Sequence record: OR699282.2
DNA: 64,000 bases
Strand: one strand, 5' to 3'
Source of the DNA: Escherichia phage BAU.Micro_ELP-22
The notes under the pieces were generated by a model. That model made no database searches. It saw only the letters and a list, made by a program, of their open reading frames with translations, and was not told the origin of the DNA. Both the position numbers and the translations under genes were made by a program. Each line of letters opens with the position of its first letter. Within the stretch, counting starts at the first letter, position 1. Shown here piece by piece: positions 9,081 through 19,351 of this stretch.

Positions 9081-9492
9081 TATTCTAAAAGTTGTTAAGT
9101 TCTTCAAAGAAAATCCTGAATACGTAGATGATGAACGAAGAGAAGTTTCTAATGGCACGAAGATTACAATTGATTCTTTATTTGATACTAGCAACAACAA
9201 CTGTAGTACTATTGAATTAGCATACGATTATATTTCATTGAACAGAAAATATGATGAAGTTACGATAGAGCGTCATGAGAATGAAGAATCTTTTAAAATT
9301 TCTGATATTTTATCTCTGAGTACAGAAGAAGGGTACTTCCAGGGAAGTACTGTTTATAATGAAGGAACACTAGACAATCTATGTACATTTAGTGTACTAT
9401 ATCAGAAGTCAGTACTGGATATATTTTATCTAGACACTGAAAAACTTGATAGGTTAGTTGATTTCGTTACTATAGAAGAGGCATCCGTTTGA
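9046..9492 (+). CDS. hypothetical protein, FQ-motif family
   Basis: 148-aa ORF; motif TEEGYFQGSTVYNEGTLDNL; three AGTACTG copies within 60 nt just downstream (9560-9602). Confidence 0.65.
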   Translation: MSYESAIKKANDILKVVKFFKENPEYVDDERREVSNGTKITIDSLFDTSNNNCSTIELAYDYISLNRKYDEVTIERHENEESFKISDILSLSTEEGYFQGSTVYNEGTLDNLCTFSVLYQKSVLDIFYLDTEKLDRLVDFVTIEEASV

Positions 9493-10025
9493 GAAAAATT
9501 AACATTAATGATTATGATGCATTACAAGATTTATCAAAAAAGATTCGCACTATCGTACCAGTACTGAAGAAATGCAGTACTGGTTTAATCGATCCTAGTA
9601 CTGTTGTTAATGAGAAGTACAATTTTCATTATGTATTACAGGGTACTGGGGCATTCCAGAAGTGTGAGGTGCGTGAGACACACGTAATTGATACATCATT
9701 GTTTTCTATTGGTGCACCTGTGTCGAATAATACTATTTTCCTAGACAACGCTGGAAATATTCAACAATTAACATTTAAGAAAAGGAAAAAGAACAATAAC
9801 ATTGGTGTGTATGCGATGAAGTGGGGTCAACCTGATTTGAAGCGTGAAATTCACATCCCTAAGTACAATTACAATGCATTTGACGAACAGTGTTTTCAAC
9901 TATCGTGTACTGACCCTGACTATGCTATTATTCAGTTCTATATGGAATTGCAGATAGCATTTAACAGTAATTTGTATATTAACTTATTGGCGATGAACAT
10001 CGATGAAGTATTCAAAAACATTTAA
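9489..10025 (+). CDS. hypothetical protein, degenerate FQ-motif
   Basis: 178-aa ORF; motif FDEQCFQLSCTDPDY. Confidence 0.55.
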   Translation: MRKININDYDALQDLSKKIRTIVPVLKKCSTGLIDPSTVVNEKYNFHYVLQGTGAFQKCEVRETHVIDTSLFSIGAPVSNNTIFLDNAGNIQQLTFKKRKKNNNIGVYAMKWGQPDLKREIHIPKYNYNAFDEQCFQLSCTDPDYAIIQFYMELQIAFNSNLYINLLAMNIDEVFKNI

Positions 10026-10221
10026 TCGAATTGAATACATGAGAACTGTGAGTGCAGTGTGGGACATATGGTTCACTACTAAACCAAAAATGGATTACCA
10101 TGACTTTAAGCTCTTGTTCTTCGTTGGCTCTAACAAACAGGATGTTGCAATGAAGGGTTATATTCAGCACTTACAGGAACTAATCCAGAAGAGAATATAT
10201 GAAAATAATAGACCAAAATGA
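10003..10221 (+). CDS. small hypothetical protein
   Basis: 72-aa ORF between larger genes. Confidence 0.35.
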   Translation: MKYSKTFNRIEYMRTVSAVWDIWFTTKPKMDYHDFKLLFFVGSNKQDVAMKGYIQHLQELIQKRIYENNRPK

Positions 10222-10390
10222 CATTGCTAAACTATTCAATATATATTCTACTAGAATGATGCAAACAGACTCATATAGTACTGAATTCAAAGAGTTGAAA
10301 GTCCTGATGTACTTGGGAACCCAATATCAGGAACAAGTTATTTTGGAATATATTAATTCGCTGAAGAAGGATATCCGTTATGTACGATGA
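10199..10390 (+). CDS. small hypothetical protein
   Basis: 63-aa ORF between larger genes. Confidence 0.35.
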   Translation: MKIIDQNDIAKLFNIYSTRMMQTDSYSTEFKELKVLMYLGTQYQEQVILEYINSLKKDIRYVR

Positions 10391-10940
10391 TTTAGATCTT
10401 GCGTTTGAACGTATGGTAATTTTAATGCAATGTGCAGAAATGCATGAAACAATCCGTCGCACCAAAGGGATTGAATATACAAGTAAACTATTCTCATACG
10501 AAAGTCGTCGAGGGATGGATCATTTTTACTGCACTGATTGTTCAAAGTTTTCAGTACTGAAATATTATCATCCTACTGTTTCCAATAATAGTTTAATATC
10601 CACATATGACGGTGATCTGTTTAGTGTAATGTATGACACATTACATCCATCAATTTCAATCTATAAAGATTGCGATAGTAGTTTATCGTATATAATTGAA
10701 GATTACTTATCTCCTAATACTGAAGAGAATATTTTTCAGAACAGTGTGTTGTATGATGAATTAAGTATAAAATGCATCTATATGTTCAATAAGTTAAAAG
10801 AGTACGCCGATAATAATTACTTAATTGATAAGTTAGCAGTATTGTCTGTTTCCGTTTTTAATACAAATGACATTGATATGAAATACTATAATGAGATTTG
10901 TAAAGTACATCATATGTATAAGGAACTATTATGTCAATAA
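10380..10940 (+). CDS. hypothetical protein, FQ-motif paralog family
   Basis: 186-aa ORF; motif TEENIFQNSVLYDELSIKCIYMF. Confidence 0.6.
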   Translation: MYDDLDLAFERMVILMQCAEMHETIRRTKGIEYTSKLFSYESRRGMDHFYCTDCSKFSVLKYYHPTVSNNSLISTYDGDLFSVMYDTLHPSISIYKDCDSSLSYIIEDYLSPNTEENIFQNSVLYDELSIKCIYMFNKLKEYADNNYLIDKLAVLSVSVFNTNDIDMKYYNEICKVHHMYKELLCQ

Positions 10941-11533
10941 ATGCAAATAAATGTTGTAGTGCAGATGTGCATTTGTTTTTTAAGAAATTAGCAAATGATA
11001 TTATATATATGCAGGAAATGATTTATCACAAACGAGCGGATTTAGAAAAAGCATTAGTACAGTTCTCATTTATGCTTGATGGTGATATATTTCTAGAGAG
11101 TGATGCATTGCGAATAGTATTAGACAAAAATGCTAAAAGATTTTTATTTCATATAGATAATAAATTATGTTCCTCCGTATGTCGTACTTTTTATAATCGT
11201 GATTCGGACTTATATCAATTCCTTTATTCTAAAGGTGCAGTAGAAGCATCATATGGTGATGGTTATGCCCTAGGAAAGAGTATTCCATTTATGAAATCAT
11301 TTAAAATAGAACACATCAGTACTGATGAAGATGTAATGTTCACAAATGATATAACTATGGGACGTGAAGATGCAATGCGATATATTACAAATTCTATGCA
11401 TACATTCTTTCAACGAACAGAATTTGATAATGTATATATATCAAATGTAAATATTTTCAATGACCTGTGTCAGTACTTGAAAAGTGTTTGTGATTTTGAT
11501 GAAAGCTATTGTAAGCTATACACTGAGGTATAA
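10931..11533 (+). CDS. hypothetical protein
   Basis: 200-aa ORF, no clear motif. Confidence 0.5.
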   Translation: MSINANKCCSADVHLFFKKLANDIIYMQEMIYHKRADLEKALVQFSFMLDGDIFLESDALRIVLDKNAKRFLFHIDNKLCSSVCRTFYNRDSDLYQFLYSKGAVEASYGDGYALGKSIPFMKSFKIEHISTDEDVMFTNDITMGREDAMRYITNSMHTFFQRTEFDNVYISNVNIFNDLCQYLKSVCDFDESYCKLYTEV

Positions 11534-11538
11534 AACCA

Positions 11539-11901
11539 ATGAACACATTAAGTATTACATACTATACAACTAAAAAATTAGTTACTTGTTTAATATCATT
11601 GAAGACAAATCATGATGATATGTTTGATATGGCGGCATATGAATTAGAATTATCAGAAGATGGCTTCAAGAGCTATGAAGTATATAGCTATGTTCGTGAA
11701 GATGTAATTGACACTACACTAATGCAAGAGGATGAGTTATTCCAAGAAAGTTTAGTATGGGATAATAAGTACGATTGTAACTTTGATTTCTTATGTTTAA
11801 TCCAGAAAGAAATGAAAAGAATCTTTGATAATTATCCAGTGAAGAGATTGAGTACTGGACCGGAGCAGTACAGGAGAATTTTATTCCGTTATGAAGACTG
11901 A
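11539..11901 (+). CDS. hypothetical protein, FQ-motif family (LFQESLVWD subgroup)
   Basis: 120-aa ORF; motif QEDELFQESLVWDNKYDCNFDFLCLIQKEMK. Confidence 0.7.
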   Translation: MNTLSITYYTTKKLVTCLISLKTNHDDMFDMAAYELELSEDGFKSYEVYSYVREDVIDTTLMQEDELFQESLVWDNKYDCNFDFLCLIQKEMKRIFDNYPVKRLSTGPEQYRRILFRYED

Positions 11902-12226
11902 ATTAGTGAAAGTAATGTACGCTACTCATATTAAACTACTACTTGTGAAATTTGATTATAATAAAAAACATAATGATTTCTATACTTTAATTCGTGATGA
12001 AAATACATTCTCCTTGCGATGCAACAATATACCGTTGAAGATAAATGATTTTACTTCACTTGACGAGGGTGAATTATTTCAAGAATCATTAGTTTTTAAT
12101 AGTAATATAAAAATTGATATAGAAGTTATTAAAAAATACCAGATTTTATTGAACAAAATTATGAATTGTTATCCATGTGAAATAGGTGGTCATATGCAGT
12201 TCAAATCAAAAATGTATGAATTATGA
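11891..12226 (+). CDS. hypothetical protein, FQ-motif family
   Basis: 111-aa ORF; motif DEGELFQESLVFNSN. Confidence 0.65.
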   Translation: MKTELVKVMYATHIKLLLVKFDYNKKHNDFYTLIRDENTFSLRCNNIPLKINDFTSLDEGELFQESLVFNSNIKIDIEVIKKYQILLNKIMNCYPCEIGGHMQFKSKMYEL

Positions 12227-12233
12227 GGTTTAT

Positions 12234-12770
12234 ATGTTAGATGAAAAAATGAACAATGGAACACAATATAATCATCTTAAGTTAGATACATTCGAATCAG
12301 CTATCAGTACTGCACAAGATATAATTGATATTATCAAGTTCATTAAAGAAAATAAGTTCAAATGTTTGAAAATACTAAATCGTTCAATGTACCGTGATAA
12401 CAATATTCATGTATCAGTACGTAGACCGAAAGATAAAGAAAGTGGGAGAGATTTCTATAACAACAGTGAGCAGTTCGAATGTGAATATGATCCAGAATTC
12501 AGAGGCGGTTTCATGTGTTACAGTATAAAGGATACCTCACACATTGAGATACGTTCATCGAAAGGTGGCATACGTACATTAGAGTTCATTGATATAGTTT
12601 TAAATCAGGAATACTACTTTCAACTATCATTATTGTTTCCTGCATACGATTTAGGAGTTCTATTCATGTATAAGTACTTTTATGAGCACTGGAATGAAGA
12701 CTTCTATCTGGACTTAGAAGATTACCAATTAGTTTGGAAAGAAATGGTAGAACTTCGCAATCCCTCTTGA
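12234..12770 (+). CDS. hypothetical protein, FQ-motif paralog family
   Basis: In-frame ATG 12234 with GAGG 8 nt upstream preferred over track start 12186; motif NQEYYFQLSLLFPAYD. Confidence 0.6.
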   Translation: MLDEKMNNGTQYNHLKLDTFESAISTAQDIIDIIKFIKENKFKCLKILNRSMYRDNNIHVSVRRPKDKESGRDFYNNSEQFECEYDPEFRGGFMCYSIKDTSHIEIRSSKGGIRTLEFIDIVLNQEYYFQLSLLFPAYDLGVLFMYKYFYEHWNEDFYLDLEDYQLVWKEMVELRNPS

Positions 12771-12796
12771 CACCCACCGATTCTTTGTGATATAAT
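12767..12796 (+). promoter_or_regulatory. sigma70-like promoter with extended -10
   Basis: TTGACA (12767-12772), 18-nt spacer, TGaTATAAT (-10 hexamer 12791-12796); followed by inverted repeat CCCTTTA/TAAAGGG (12796-12818) in the leader. Confidence 0.6.
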
Positions 12797-12829
12797 CCCT
12801 TTATATTAATTGTAAAGGGTTATAACACA

Positions 12830-13306
12830 ATGTCCAAAGACCTATCATTTAGCAATGCACAAAAAATAGCAAAAGACATTATCAGGGTTTATAAATTCCT
12901 TGCGAATGTTACTGAAGATTTTTCCGTGGGGGAACATAAAGTTATTAAACGAAATGGATACCTTTCATTTATGGATGGGTTACTCTATAGTTCAGATGAA
13001 TCAACTTGTAGCATTAGAGTACTTGATGAAGTACCAAGTGGTGATTTTATTTCATACCATTTTCCAAGTTCAGATAATTTCAAATACTACAATCATCTTC
13101 TTATAAATGAAGCATTTAATACGATTGTAATTAACACTGAAGAAGAGTTCTTCCAGTACAGTACTGTGTATCCAGAGAGGATTGTTTTCAGTTCAGTGAT
13201 TTTAACAGCCCTTAAAAATGAACTAAATTCCGATAGTGATCATTTCTACTTGGACCTGAACAATGTCGATTGTATTATTGAGTACCTGGAGAAAAATGGT
13301 TTATGA
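12830..13306 (+). CDS. hypothetical protein, FQ-motif paralog family
   Basis: 158-aa ORF; motif TEEEFFQYSTVYPERIVF. Confidence 0.65.
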   Translation: MSKDLSFSNAQKIAKDIIRVYKFLANVTEDFSVGEHKVIKRNGYLSFMDGLLYSSDESTCSIRVLDEVPSGDFISYHFPSSDNFKYYNHLLINEAFNTIVINTEEEFFQYSTVYPERIVFSSVILTALKNELNSDSDHFYLDLNNVDCIIEYLEKNGL

Positions 13307-13788
13307 TTACTACAGAATATGATTACTATGGTGTTTTAGAATTTACAGAAAATATCTATCGCATTGCAAAGGAGTTCAGAAGTCCTAAGCCTTTTGGTGG
13401 AATGCCTTTTGGTGGTATGTTTCAATACGATGAGTTCAGTTCATCTAAAGGAAGACTAGCATTTACTAATGGTAGAGGTAATCAAATCTACGCGGAGTAC
13501 TTTGATGATAATGACTTTCATTACAAAGCCGAATACATTTCATATTGCCCTGGGTCTGATTTGAAGATTAATATTGATACATTTAGAGAAGCAGTATTTG
13601 TTCCGTATAATGATTTAGTCTTCATGTCAGAGGAAATGTACTTTCAGGGTTCTTGTATTCATGATGTAAAAGTACTTAATGCTATGTTATTTTATGGTGC
13701 ACTACTTAATCATTACAAATACAATCAACGATTCTTTTTAGATTTAGCAGTCTACTATAAATGCGTGGATTATTTGAATGCAAAATAA
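13303..13788 (+). CDS. hypothetical protein, FQ-motif paralog family
   Basis: 161-aa ORF; motif SEEMYFQGSCIHDVKVLN. Confidence 0.65.
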   Translation: MITTEYDYYGVLEFTENIYRIAKEFRSPKPFGGMPFGGMFQYDEFSSSKGRLAFTNGRGNQIYAEYFDDNDFHYKAEYISYCPGSDLKINIDTFREAVFVPYNDLVFMSEEMYFQGSCIHDVKVLNAMLFYGALLNHYKYNQRFFLDLAVYYKCVDYLNAK

Positions 13789-14140
13789 GAAAACAATTCA
13801 GTACATGACGGATGGCAATGAATGCTTTGCTTCAAGATATGAATTCAACAAGAACCATTTCGTAACCTATATCCCTGAATATAATCAGTTTTATCTACAG
13901 ATTTACCAAAATGATTCATATATGAATGAGATATATTCTGAAATAAAAATCCTGGATTATAGTACTTTATCAGAAGAGGAATTGTTTCAGCAGAGCACTA
14001 TCAGTACTGAAGATGTGTATGAAATAATGGAATACCAGAAGGTACTTAAATATTTCCATGAAGTTCAGGATATACAAATGGATAGTGTTAAAGCGTGGAA
14101 TTATAACACATACGAGGTAAATTATGTTCGAAATGATTAA
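13778..14140 (+). CDS. hypothetical protein, FQ-motif paralog family
   Basis: 120-aa ORF; motif SEEELFQQSTISTEDVYE. Confidence 0.6.
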   Translation: MQNKKTIQYMTDGNECFASRYEFNKNHFVTYIPEYNQFYLQIYQNDSYMNEIYSEIKILDYSTLSEEELFQQSTISTEDVYEIMEYQKVLKYFHEVQDIQMDSVKAWNYNTYEVNYVRND

Positions 14141-14537
14141 AATTATGCAACGATGTATTGTAGACCAACACGGGATATATGGATATAGTTTAAGTGCTCC
14201 TATTGACAAAAATAAAACAACCTATGTAAGCTATAATGCTGTACAAGGATTTGATATATTCATTGATGCCAACAATAAAATCAAACAAGCTAAGGATGTG
14301 TCTATAATGACCCCTGACGAGCTATTTCAGTACAGCTTAGTTCTGCCTACCTGTATTGATTTACAACGTCTAGGAGCTATACAGAAGGTTTTACGCGAAC
14401 ATAAAGTACAACCCAATAAAGTCACACACATTCCAGAAACAATCTTCAAAACCATAGAAGTAGAAACTCCTGATTATATGTTAAGTGATGATGAGTACTA
14501 CGAGAAACACTTCCCTGGTAAAGTTTGGAGAGACTAA
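14124..14537 (+). CDS. hypothetical protein, FQ-motif paralog family
   Basis: 137-aa ORF; motif TPDELFQYSLVLPTCIDL. Confidence 0.6.
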   Translation: MFEMIKIMQRCIVDQHGIYGYSLSAPIDKNKTTYVSYNAVQGFDIFIDANNKIKQAKDVSIMTPDELFQYSLVLPTCIDLQRLGAIQKVLREHKVQPNKVTHIPETIFKTIEVETPDYMLSDDEYYEKHFPGKVWRD

Positions 14538-15019
14538 TGAACCGAAAGTACAGAGAAACTATGAAGTTCGCTAAGGAGTGTTTAGAGACAGTTGATTTCA
14601 TTTTCGATAACAAAGACTCACTGGGTCATCACTTCGTAATTACAAAGAAAGAAGATAAGAGATACAAGTGTGAAAGATTAGGATACAGTATTGAGTTCTC
14701 CTTAATGATTGATGGAATGATAAACTCCTTATATGAATGTGGTAAGACTGATTACCTTTCATTTAGATCATGGAGTGAAGGTATCATGTTCTTGAGAACA
14801 AATGGAGTTTTATATCCGTTTCTTGATGATTTATCAGAAGAAAGTTACTTTCAAAATAGTTTAATTTACACAGAAAAAGAACTCAAGATGCTATTCATTA
14901 TGTCGTACTTTAAAAAGTACTGCAATTTTAAATCATTATCTTTTGAGATCTCTGCAATGAAAGTATTCATTAAAAATGTAAAAGAATTAAAGAGGATTTA
15001 CGATGTACATAGAAAATGA
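14525..15019 (+). CDS. hypothetical protein, FQ-motif paralog family
   Basis: 164-aa ORF; motif SEESYFQNSLIYTEKELKMLFIMSYFK. Confidence 0.65.
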   Translation: MERLMNRKYRETMKFAKECLETVDFIFDNKDSLGHHFVITKKEDKRYKCERLGYSIEFSLMIDGMINSLYECGKTDYLSFRSWSEGIMFLRTNGVLYPFLDDLSEESYFQNSLIYTEKELKMLFIMSYFKKYCNFKSLSFEISAMKVFIKNVKELKRIYDVHRK

Positions 15020-15545
15020 TAATGTAAAATGCATTGCCGACATTTGTATAAAATTAATGAAAATTTTCATTAACCCAAAATACAAGACTCGTTCTTTACG
15101 TCATAATATTGATGAGCATTGTACCATTAATATACTAGGTAGTATTCTTGATGTAAAATATGATGGTAAAATGTTATTCGGTATAAGAGAAGAGAAGATA
15201 GATGATGCATTCTTTTCTTCTAAAGATAAATTTGAACCTTCTGATTATAAAGTGATTATTCGTGATGATAGCATCTATATTAGTAGTGATTATTCAAATT
15301 ACTTCGATAAAATATACACTGAAAACGTTGACTACCATTATGAAATGATTGATTTACCAGTAACAGACATTGATATGGAGAGAATCAAATTTTCATTATC
15401 AGATAATGAGTACTTAGGTATACAAACATATTATTCACTACAAGGAAAGATTCCACCTGCTATGTATATAAGGATTGAGATTGGTAATGTATTCAATGAT
15501 AAGGTTATATCAATTGCTGATAAAATATTGAGGGTTGAATTATGA
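15003..15545 (+). CDS. hypothetical protein
   Basis: 180-aa ORF in array; motif not evident. Confidence 0.5.
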   Translation: MYIENDNVKCIADICIKLMKIFINPKYKTRSLRHNIDEHCTINILGSILDVKYDGKMLFGIREEKIDDAFFSSKDKFEPSDYKVIIRDDSIYISSDYSNYFDKIYTENVDYHYEMIDLPVTDIDMERIKFSLSDNEYLGIQTYYSLQGKIPPAMYIRIEIGNVFNDKVISIADKILRVEL

Positions 15546-16105
15546 ATATCAATGATTACCAATTTCATAGGCTTGAATTTCGTCATTGTGTTGCATTTGC
15601 AAAAACATTGATGTGCATCATTGACACTCTTTCATCCAAACAATTTCGTAAGGATAATGATTTATTTCTGAAAAAAGGTCGTGTAACATCATCCGATATC
15701 AGTGTTGAACTATTTGTTGATATCAGTGTTGATACCGGAGACAGTACAAGGGTTGGTTGTATAGGTCATATTGGTACACATTGCTTCACATGGAATCCAA
15801 ATACAAGTCAAGTACGAATTGATTATAGAAATTCACGTTGGGTTGATCTTAGTACTGAATCCGATTTAGAATCAGCTATGTTCCAGCTAAGTTTAATTCA
15901 CAATCCTAATGAACTTCTTTACATTATTACTTTCAGTTATCTGTTACAAAACTACGATAATCCATCAGGGTTTTTCATAGAATCGGATATAGAAGAAATT
16001 ATGGAAGAGTTTCCTAGTTTAAAGGATATTCTGGAAGAAAAAGATTTCTATGAAGACTTCAGAGATTTATACGACATGCACTTGGAGTTATTTAAGAATG
16101 GATAA
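15542..16105 (+). CDS. hypothetical protein, FQ-motif paralog family
   Basis: 187-aa ORF; motif ESDLESAMFQLSLIHNPNELLYII. Confidence 0.6.
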   Translation: MNINDYQFHRLEFRHCVAFAKTLMCIIDTLSSKQFRKDNDLFLKKGRVTSSDISVELFVDISVDTGDSTRVGCIGHIGTHCFTWNPNTSQVRIDYRNSRWVDLSTESDLESAMFQLSLIHNPNELLYIITFSYLLQNYDNPSGFFIESDIEEIMEEFPSLKDILEEKDFYEDFRDLYDMHLELFKNG

Positions 16106-16616
16106 AGATGATATTCTAATTAGACTAATTAAGAGTTTAATAAAGTTCTCAAATAATGATGTCGATACATACAAAGTAGGGGATATTGAATTCAAATCAT
16201 TTGGTATGTACGGTGAGGACAAAACATATTATGCGTCAATGAAAATTCAAGATTTTCACGAGATGTTAATATCGTTATCATATGAAGATGTTGATCCAAG
16301 ATGGAGTTCCAGTATTTCACTATCGAGAATGGTAATTCGTAGTAAGCATCGTTACATTTCGTCAAAGAATACTCCTAACTTGATTAATATTGTGTTGAAT
16401 GAAAATACCAATCCTATATCTAAACTTGATATCGTACCGTTAACCGATGAAGTACTTTTTCAATTGAGTACCATTTGTGATGAAGATGTGATATCATGTA
16501 TGAAAATTTATGAGACGGTTGGGAGTGATATTCCCATGAACTATTACCTAACGATAGATGGAACATACCTCAGAGATGAAGCTCTAGCGTACATTGACAG
16601 TGTTTTACCAAAATAA
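16098..16616 (+). CDS. hypothetical protein, FQ-motif paralog family
   Basis: In-frame ATG 16098 overlapping upstream stop; motif TDEVLFQLSTICDEDV. Confidence 0.55.
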   Translation: MDKDDILIRLIKSLIKFSNNDVDTYKVGDIEFKSFGMYGEDKTYYASMKIQDFHEMLISLSYEDVDPRWSSSISLSRMVIRSKHRYISSKNTPNLINIVLNENTNPISKLDIVPLTDEVLFQLSTICDEDVISCMKIYETVGSDIPMNYYLTIDGTYLRDEALAYIDSVLPK

Positions 16617-16637
16617 AGACCCTTATTGGGTCTTTTT
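16617..16637 (+). terminator. rho-independent terminator
   Basis: AGACCC-ttatt-GGGTCT hairpin followed by TTTTT. Confidence 0.7.
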
Positions 16638-16648
16638 GTGTTTACGTC

Positions 16649-16677
16649 TTTACAGTAGCATTCAGATGTGTTATAAT
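16649..16677 (+). promoter_or_regulatory. sigma70-like promoter with extended -10
   Basis: TTTACA, 17-nt spacer, TGtTATAAT (-10 hexamer 16672-16677); 28 nt upstream of ATG 16705. Confidence 0.6.
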
Positions 16678-16704
16678 CGCTTTTAATAGAGTACAGGAGA
16701 AGAT

Positions 16705-17271
16705 ATGAGTACTGAATTAATTAAAGAAGTTACCTTACTTCTGAAGCATTGTTTTAAGTTCATTCCTGATACTGGTTCACGCCAGTACATTAAAGTTAAT
16801 GAGAAATATAACATCAATATCCTTGTATCTGAAACTGCGAGCAGTTATGCTAACATTGAGTTGGATTCTGAAGAAAAATATACAGTATTACAAATCATAG
16901 CAGATGTACAACGTAAACAAGATTATCGTTCTTCATTTTACAACGATTATCTGTGTGTTTGCTCAAACTTCAGTGAGAATAAAATTGTGTATAAGAATTT
17001 ATACACACATGAAGTGATTGATACATATAATTATAAAATTTCATCTGATGAATACAATGTGCTAATGTTCAACGCAAACCTTTTGTATGATGCCAGTACT
17101 GTACGCTGTTTAGAGTTAGCATATAAAATTCCAAAGATCATGGAAAGAAAAGATTTGATTCACTTTAAAACTATTTTAAAATACAGTACAAAAGAATTAG
17201 AGGATTTAGTACAGGCTCTTAAGAATTTCATTAATGAACATGTACCTGTTAAATTCGAGGATGCACAATGA
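16705..17271 (+). CDS. hypothetical protein, degenerate FQ-motif
   Basis: 188-aa ORF with AGGAG RBS; weak motif NVLMFNANLLYDASTV. Confidence 0.6.
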   Translation: MSTELIKEVTLLLKHCFKFIPDTGSRQYIKVNEKYNINILVSETASSYANIELDSEEKYTVLQIIADVQRKQDYRSSFYNDYLCVCSNFSENKIVYKNLYTHEVIDTYNYKISSDEYNVLMFNANLLYDASTVRCLELAYKIPKIMERKDLIHFKTILKYSTKELEDLVQALKNFINEHVPVKFEDAQ

Positions 17272-17852
17272 ACCATATCAGAACTAAAATTTTGAGACTC
17301 ATGCATGACATTGCAGAACTTTCAGAGATTCATGACATTACAGAAATTGTTGAATTTGATGATTATCGACTGAAAATTGAAAACAAATCCAAACATCGTT
17401 TTGGATCAGTTCAGTTGGATGTATATAAAACTTATGAATTTTCTAAAAAAATTAAAAGTTCATGGGATACGATTACTATGTACATTCGCACATCCAGAAA
17501 TCGTGAACGTATTGGTTCTATTTCTTCTAATATGGTATTTGCGAATGCATTACATGAAAAAATGAATAAAATTGTAGAATCTGATTTCAGTGAAGATGAT
17601 GGTTTTATTGGGTTGGATGTTCCACCAGAATTAGACCAAAGTGAAGATATTCGAGATGCATTCATTTTCCAGAAATCATTGTTGGACAATTACAAAGAAT
17701 TCGAGTACTTAATGCTTTGTTACGATACTGCAAAAGTTCTTGATTGTGGTGAACTAGTTATGTACAATGATTTTATCAATTACAAGACTGATGTTCTGAA
17801 TACACTACTTCAAAATATAGAATCGGTTAAGGAAAAATATGAACGCTTATAG
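17268..17852 (+). CDS. hypothetical protein, FQ-motif paralog family
   Basis: 194-aa ORF; motif DIRDAFIFQKSLLDNYKEFEYLML. Confidence 0.6.
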   Translation: MNHIRTKILRLMHDIAELSEIHDITEIVEFDDYRLKIENKSKHRFGSVQLDVYKTYEFSKKIKSSWDTITMYIRTSRNRERIGSISSNMVFANALHEKMNKIVESDFSEDDGFIGLDVPPELDQSEDIRDAFIFQKSLLDNYKEFEYLMLCYDTAKVLDCGELVMYNDFINYKTDVLNTLLQNIESVKEKYERL

Positions 17853-18417
17853 TTATATGACAGAACGCCATCAGTTATTATATGATATCAGTACAAAAAT
17901 GTTATCAATTGTTAGTAGTGCAAAAGAAATTGAAAAACAATACCTCATCCGTGATGTAGCAATTTCATCTAAATGTTGGTCCAATGAATATTACGATCAC
18001 GGTATTCTTACTATTTCTGGGGCTAGAAATATTTGTATTGTAAAAAATAAAAATAAAAGTAATGAAGAGTGTGAGATTATAACCGATATACAAATTAAGG
18101 ATGATGGAAGTTTTTCACACCACCCATTCCATATTAGTACTATTGGTGTTTTATATAATATTAAAGTACTATTCGGTGATGAAGAGTATGTGTTAAAATC
18201 TATCAATCCAGAATCAAGTACAGTTGAAGAAGAACTGTTCCAGATGAGCACTGTTATACCTGAAGAGGTTCTTAGTACTGTTATTTTTTGTAGTTTAATT
18301 TATCATGAATACAAAAAGTACCAGTTCGATTTCCACATGTTAGGAACATACATCTTCAATAATTTGAATGTAGATCGTTTAACAGCATTAAATGCAGCAA
18401 TGGATAAGGTGCTATAA
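17839..18417 (+). CDS. hypothetical protein, FQ-motif paralog family
   Basis: 192-aa ORF; motif VEEELFQMSTVIPEEVL. Confidence 0.6.
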   Translation: MNAYSYMTERHQLLYDISTKMLSIVSSAKEIEKQYLIRDVAISSKCWSNEYYDHGILTISGARNICIVKNKNKSNEECEIITDIQIKDDGSFSHHPFHISTIGVLYNIKVLFGDEEYVLKSINPESSTVEEELFQMSTVIPEEVLSTVIFCSLIYHEYKKYQFDFHMLGTYIFNNLNVDRLTALNAAMDKVL

Positions 18418-18845
18418 TGACAAGAGATGATTGTTTGTACATATGGGATATAATTGAAACTACACTTTCAAATCCAGAAAATTATAAAACAAAAAAAAGA
18501 CAACGACACAAAATATGGATAGATTTGTTCGTTGAGGGCATACACGCAGTGACTATTTGGGATTCACCGAGGGCATCATCATCTACTCTGTTGGACAATG
18601 AATGCATTGATTGCATTAATTCCACTTTTCATCTCCACGGTACTACAATTTTTGGTACATTTCTGGATATTGAAAGTAAAGATGATATTGATTCACTTGC
18701 GTTACAATACCAAGTACTATATAATACTAAATTAATTTACGATTTAGTACTAGCTTCTTATGTGTATAAATTAATGATGAAATATAATCATATTTCTGTT
18801 TCAGTTTATACTAAGGATATTCTTTCATTAAGAGACAAAACATGA
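18417..18845 (+). CDS. hypothetical protein
   Basis: 142-aa ORF, start/stop coupled to neighbours. Confidence 0.5.
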   Translation: MTRDDCLYIWDIIETTLSNPENYKTKKRQRHKIWIDLFVEGIHAVTIWDSPRASSSTLLDNECIDCINSTFHLHGTTIFGTFLDIESKDDIDSLALQYQVLYNTKLIYDLVLASYVYKLMMKYNHISVSVYTKDILSLRDKT

Positions 18846-19351
18846 GTTTATTAAATGCACGCGAATTGGTTGAGATGTATGAGATTTTGTCTTCATATAA
18901 AAATTCTCCAAAAGATGTAATTCTAAACAAAAAGTTCCATGTCAGTGTTGAACATATAACAAATATAGATATGATTTCTTTGGTGGAAAGTAATAAGTCA
19001 GGTCTGGAGCGTGATATCATGCGTTTGATTTATATTCCTAAACCATCATATACTAATGATAGTACTATTAGCAATGAGACATTCATGTATAGTCCTGGTA
19101 CGGATTCTACTATAGTATCGCTGTCCAATAAATCAATGGATACTTTCCAATTCATCTATACCAGTACTGATAACATTGAAGAAATTGAATTTCAAAACAA
19201 TACATTAAGTCCATGTAGTAGTGTTATAACCTTTATGTCATATCTATGGTCAACTAAAACAAGTGCTGTTGTATATAGTTCAAATTATACACAAGATAGT
19301 ATTGTTGAATCATATAAAGTTCTAAAGGAATACTATGAAAATAACAAATGA
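18842..19351 (+). CDS. hypothetical protein, degenerate FQ-motif
   Basis: 169-aa ORF; motif IEEIEFQNNTLSP. Confidence 0.55.
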   Translation: MSLLNARELVEMYEILSSYKNSPKDVILNKKFHVSVEHITNIDMISLVESNKSGLERDIMRLIYIPKPSYTNDSTISNETFMYSPGTDSTIVSLSNKSMDTFQFIYTSTDNIEEIEFQNNTLSPCSSVITFMSYLWSTKTSAVVYSSNYTQDSIVESYKVLKEYYENNK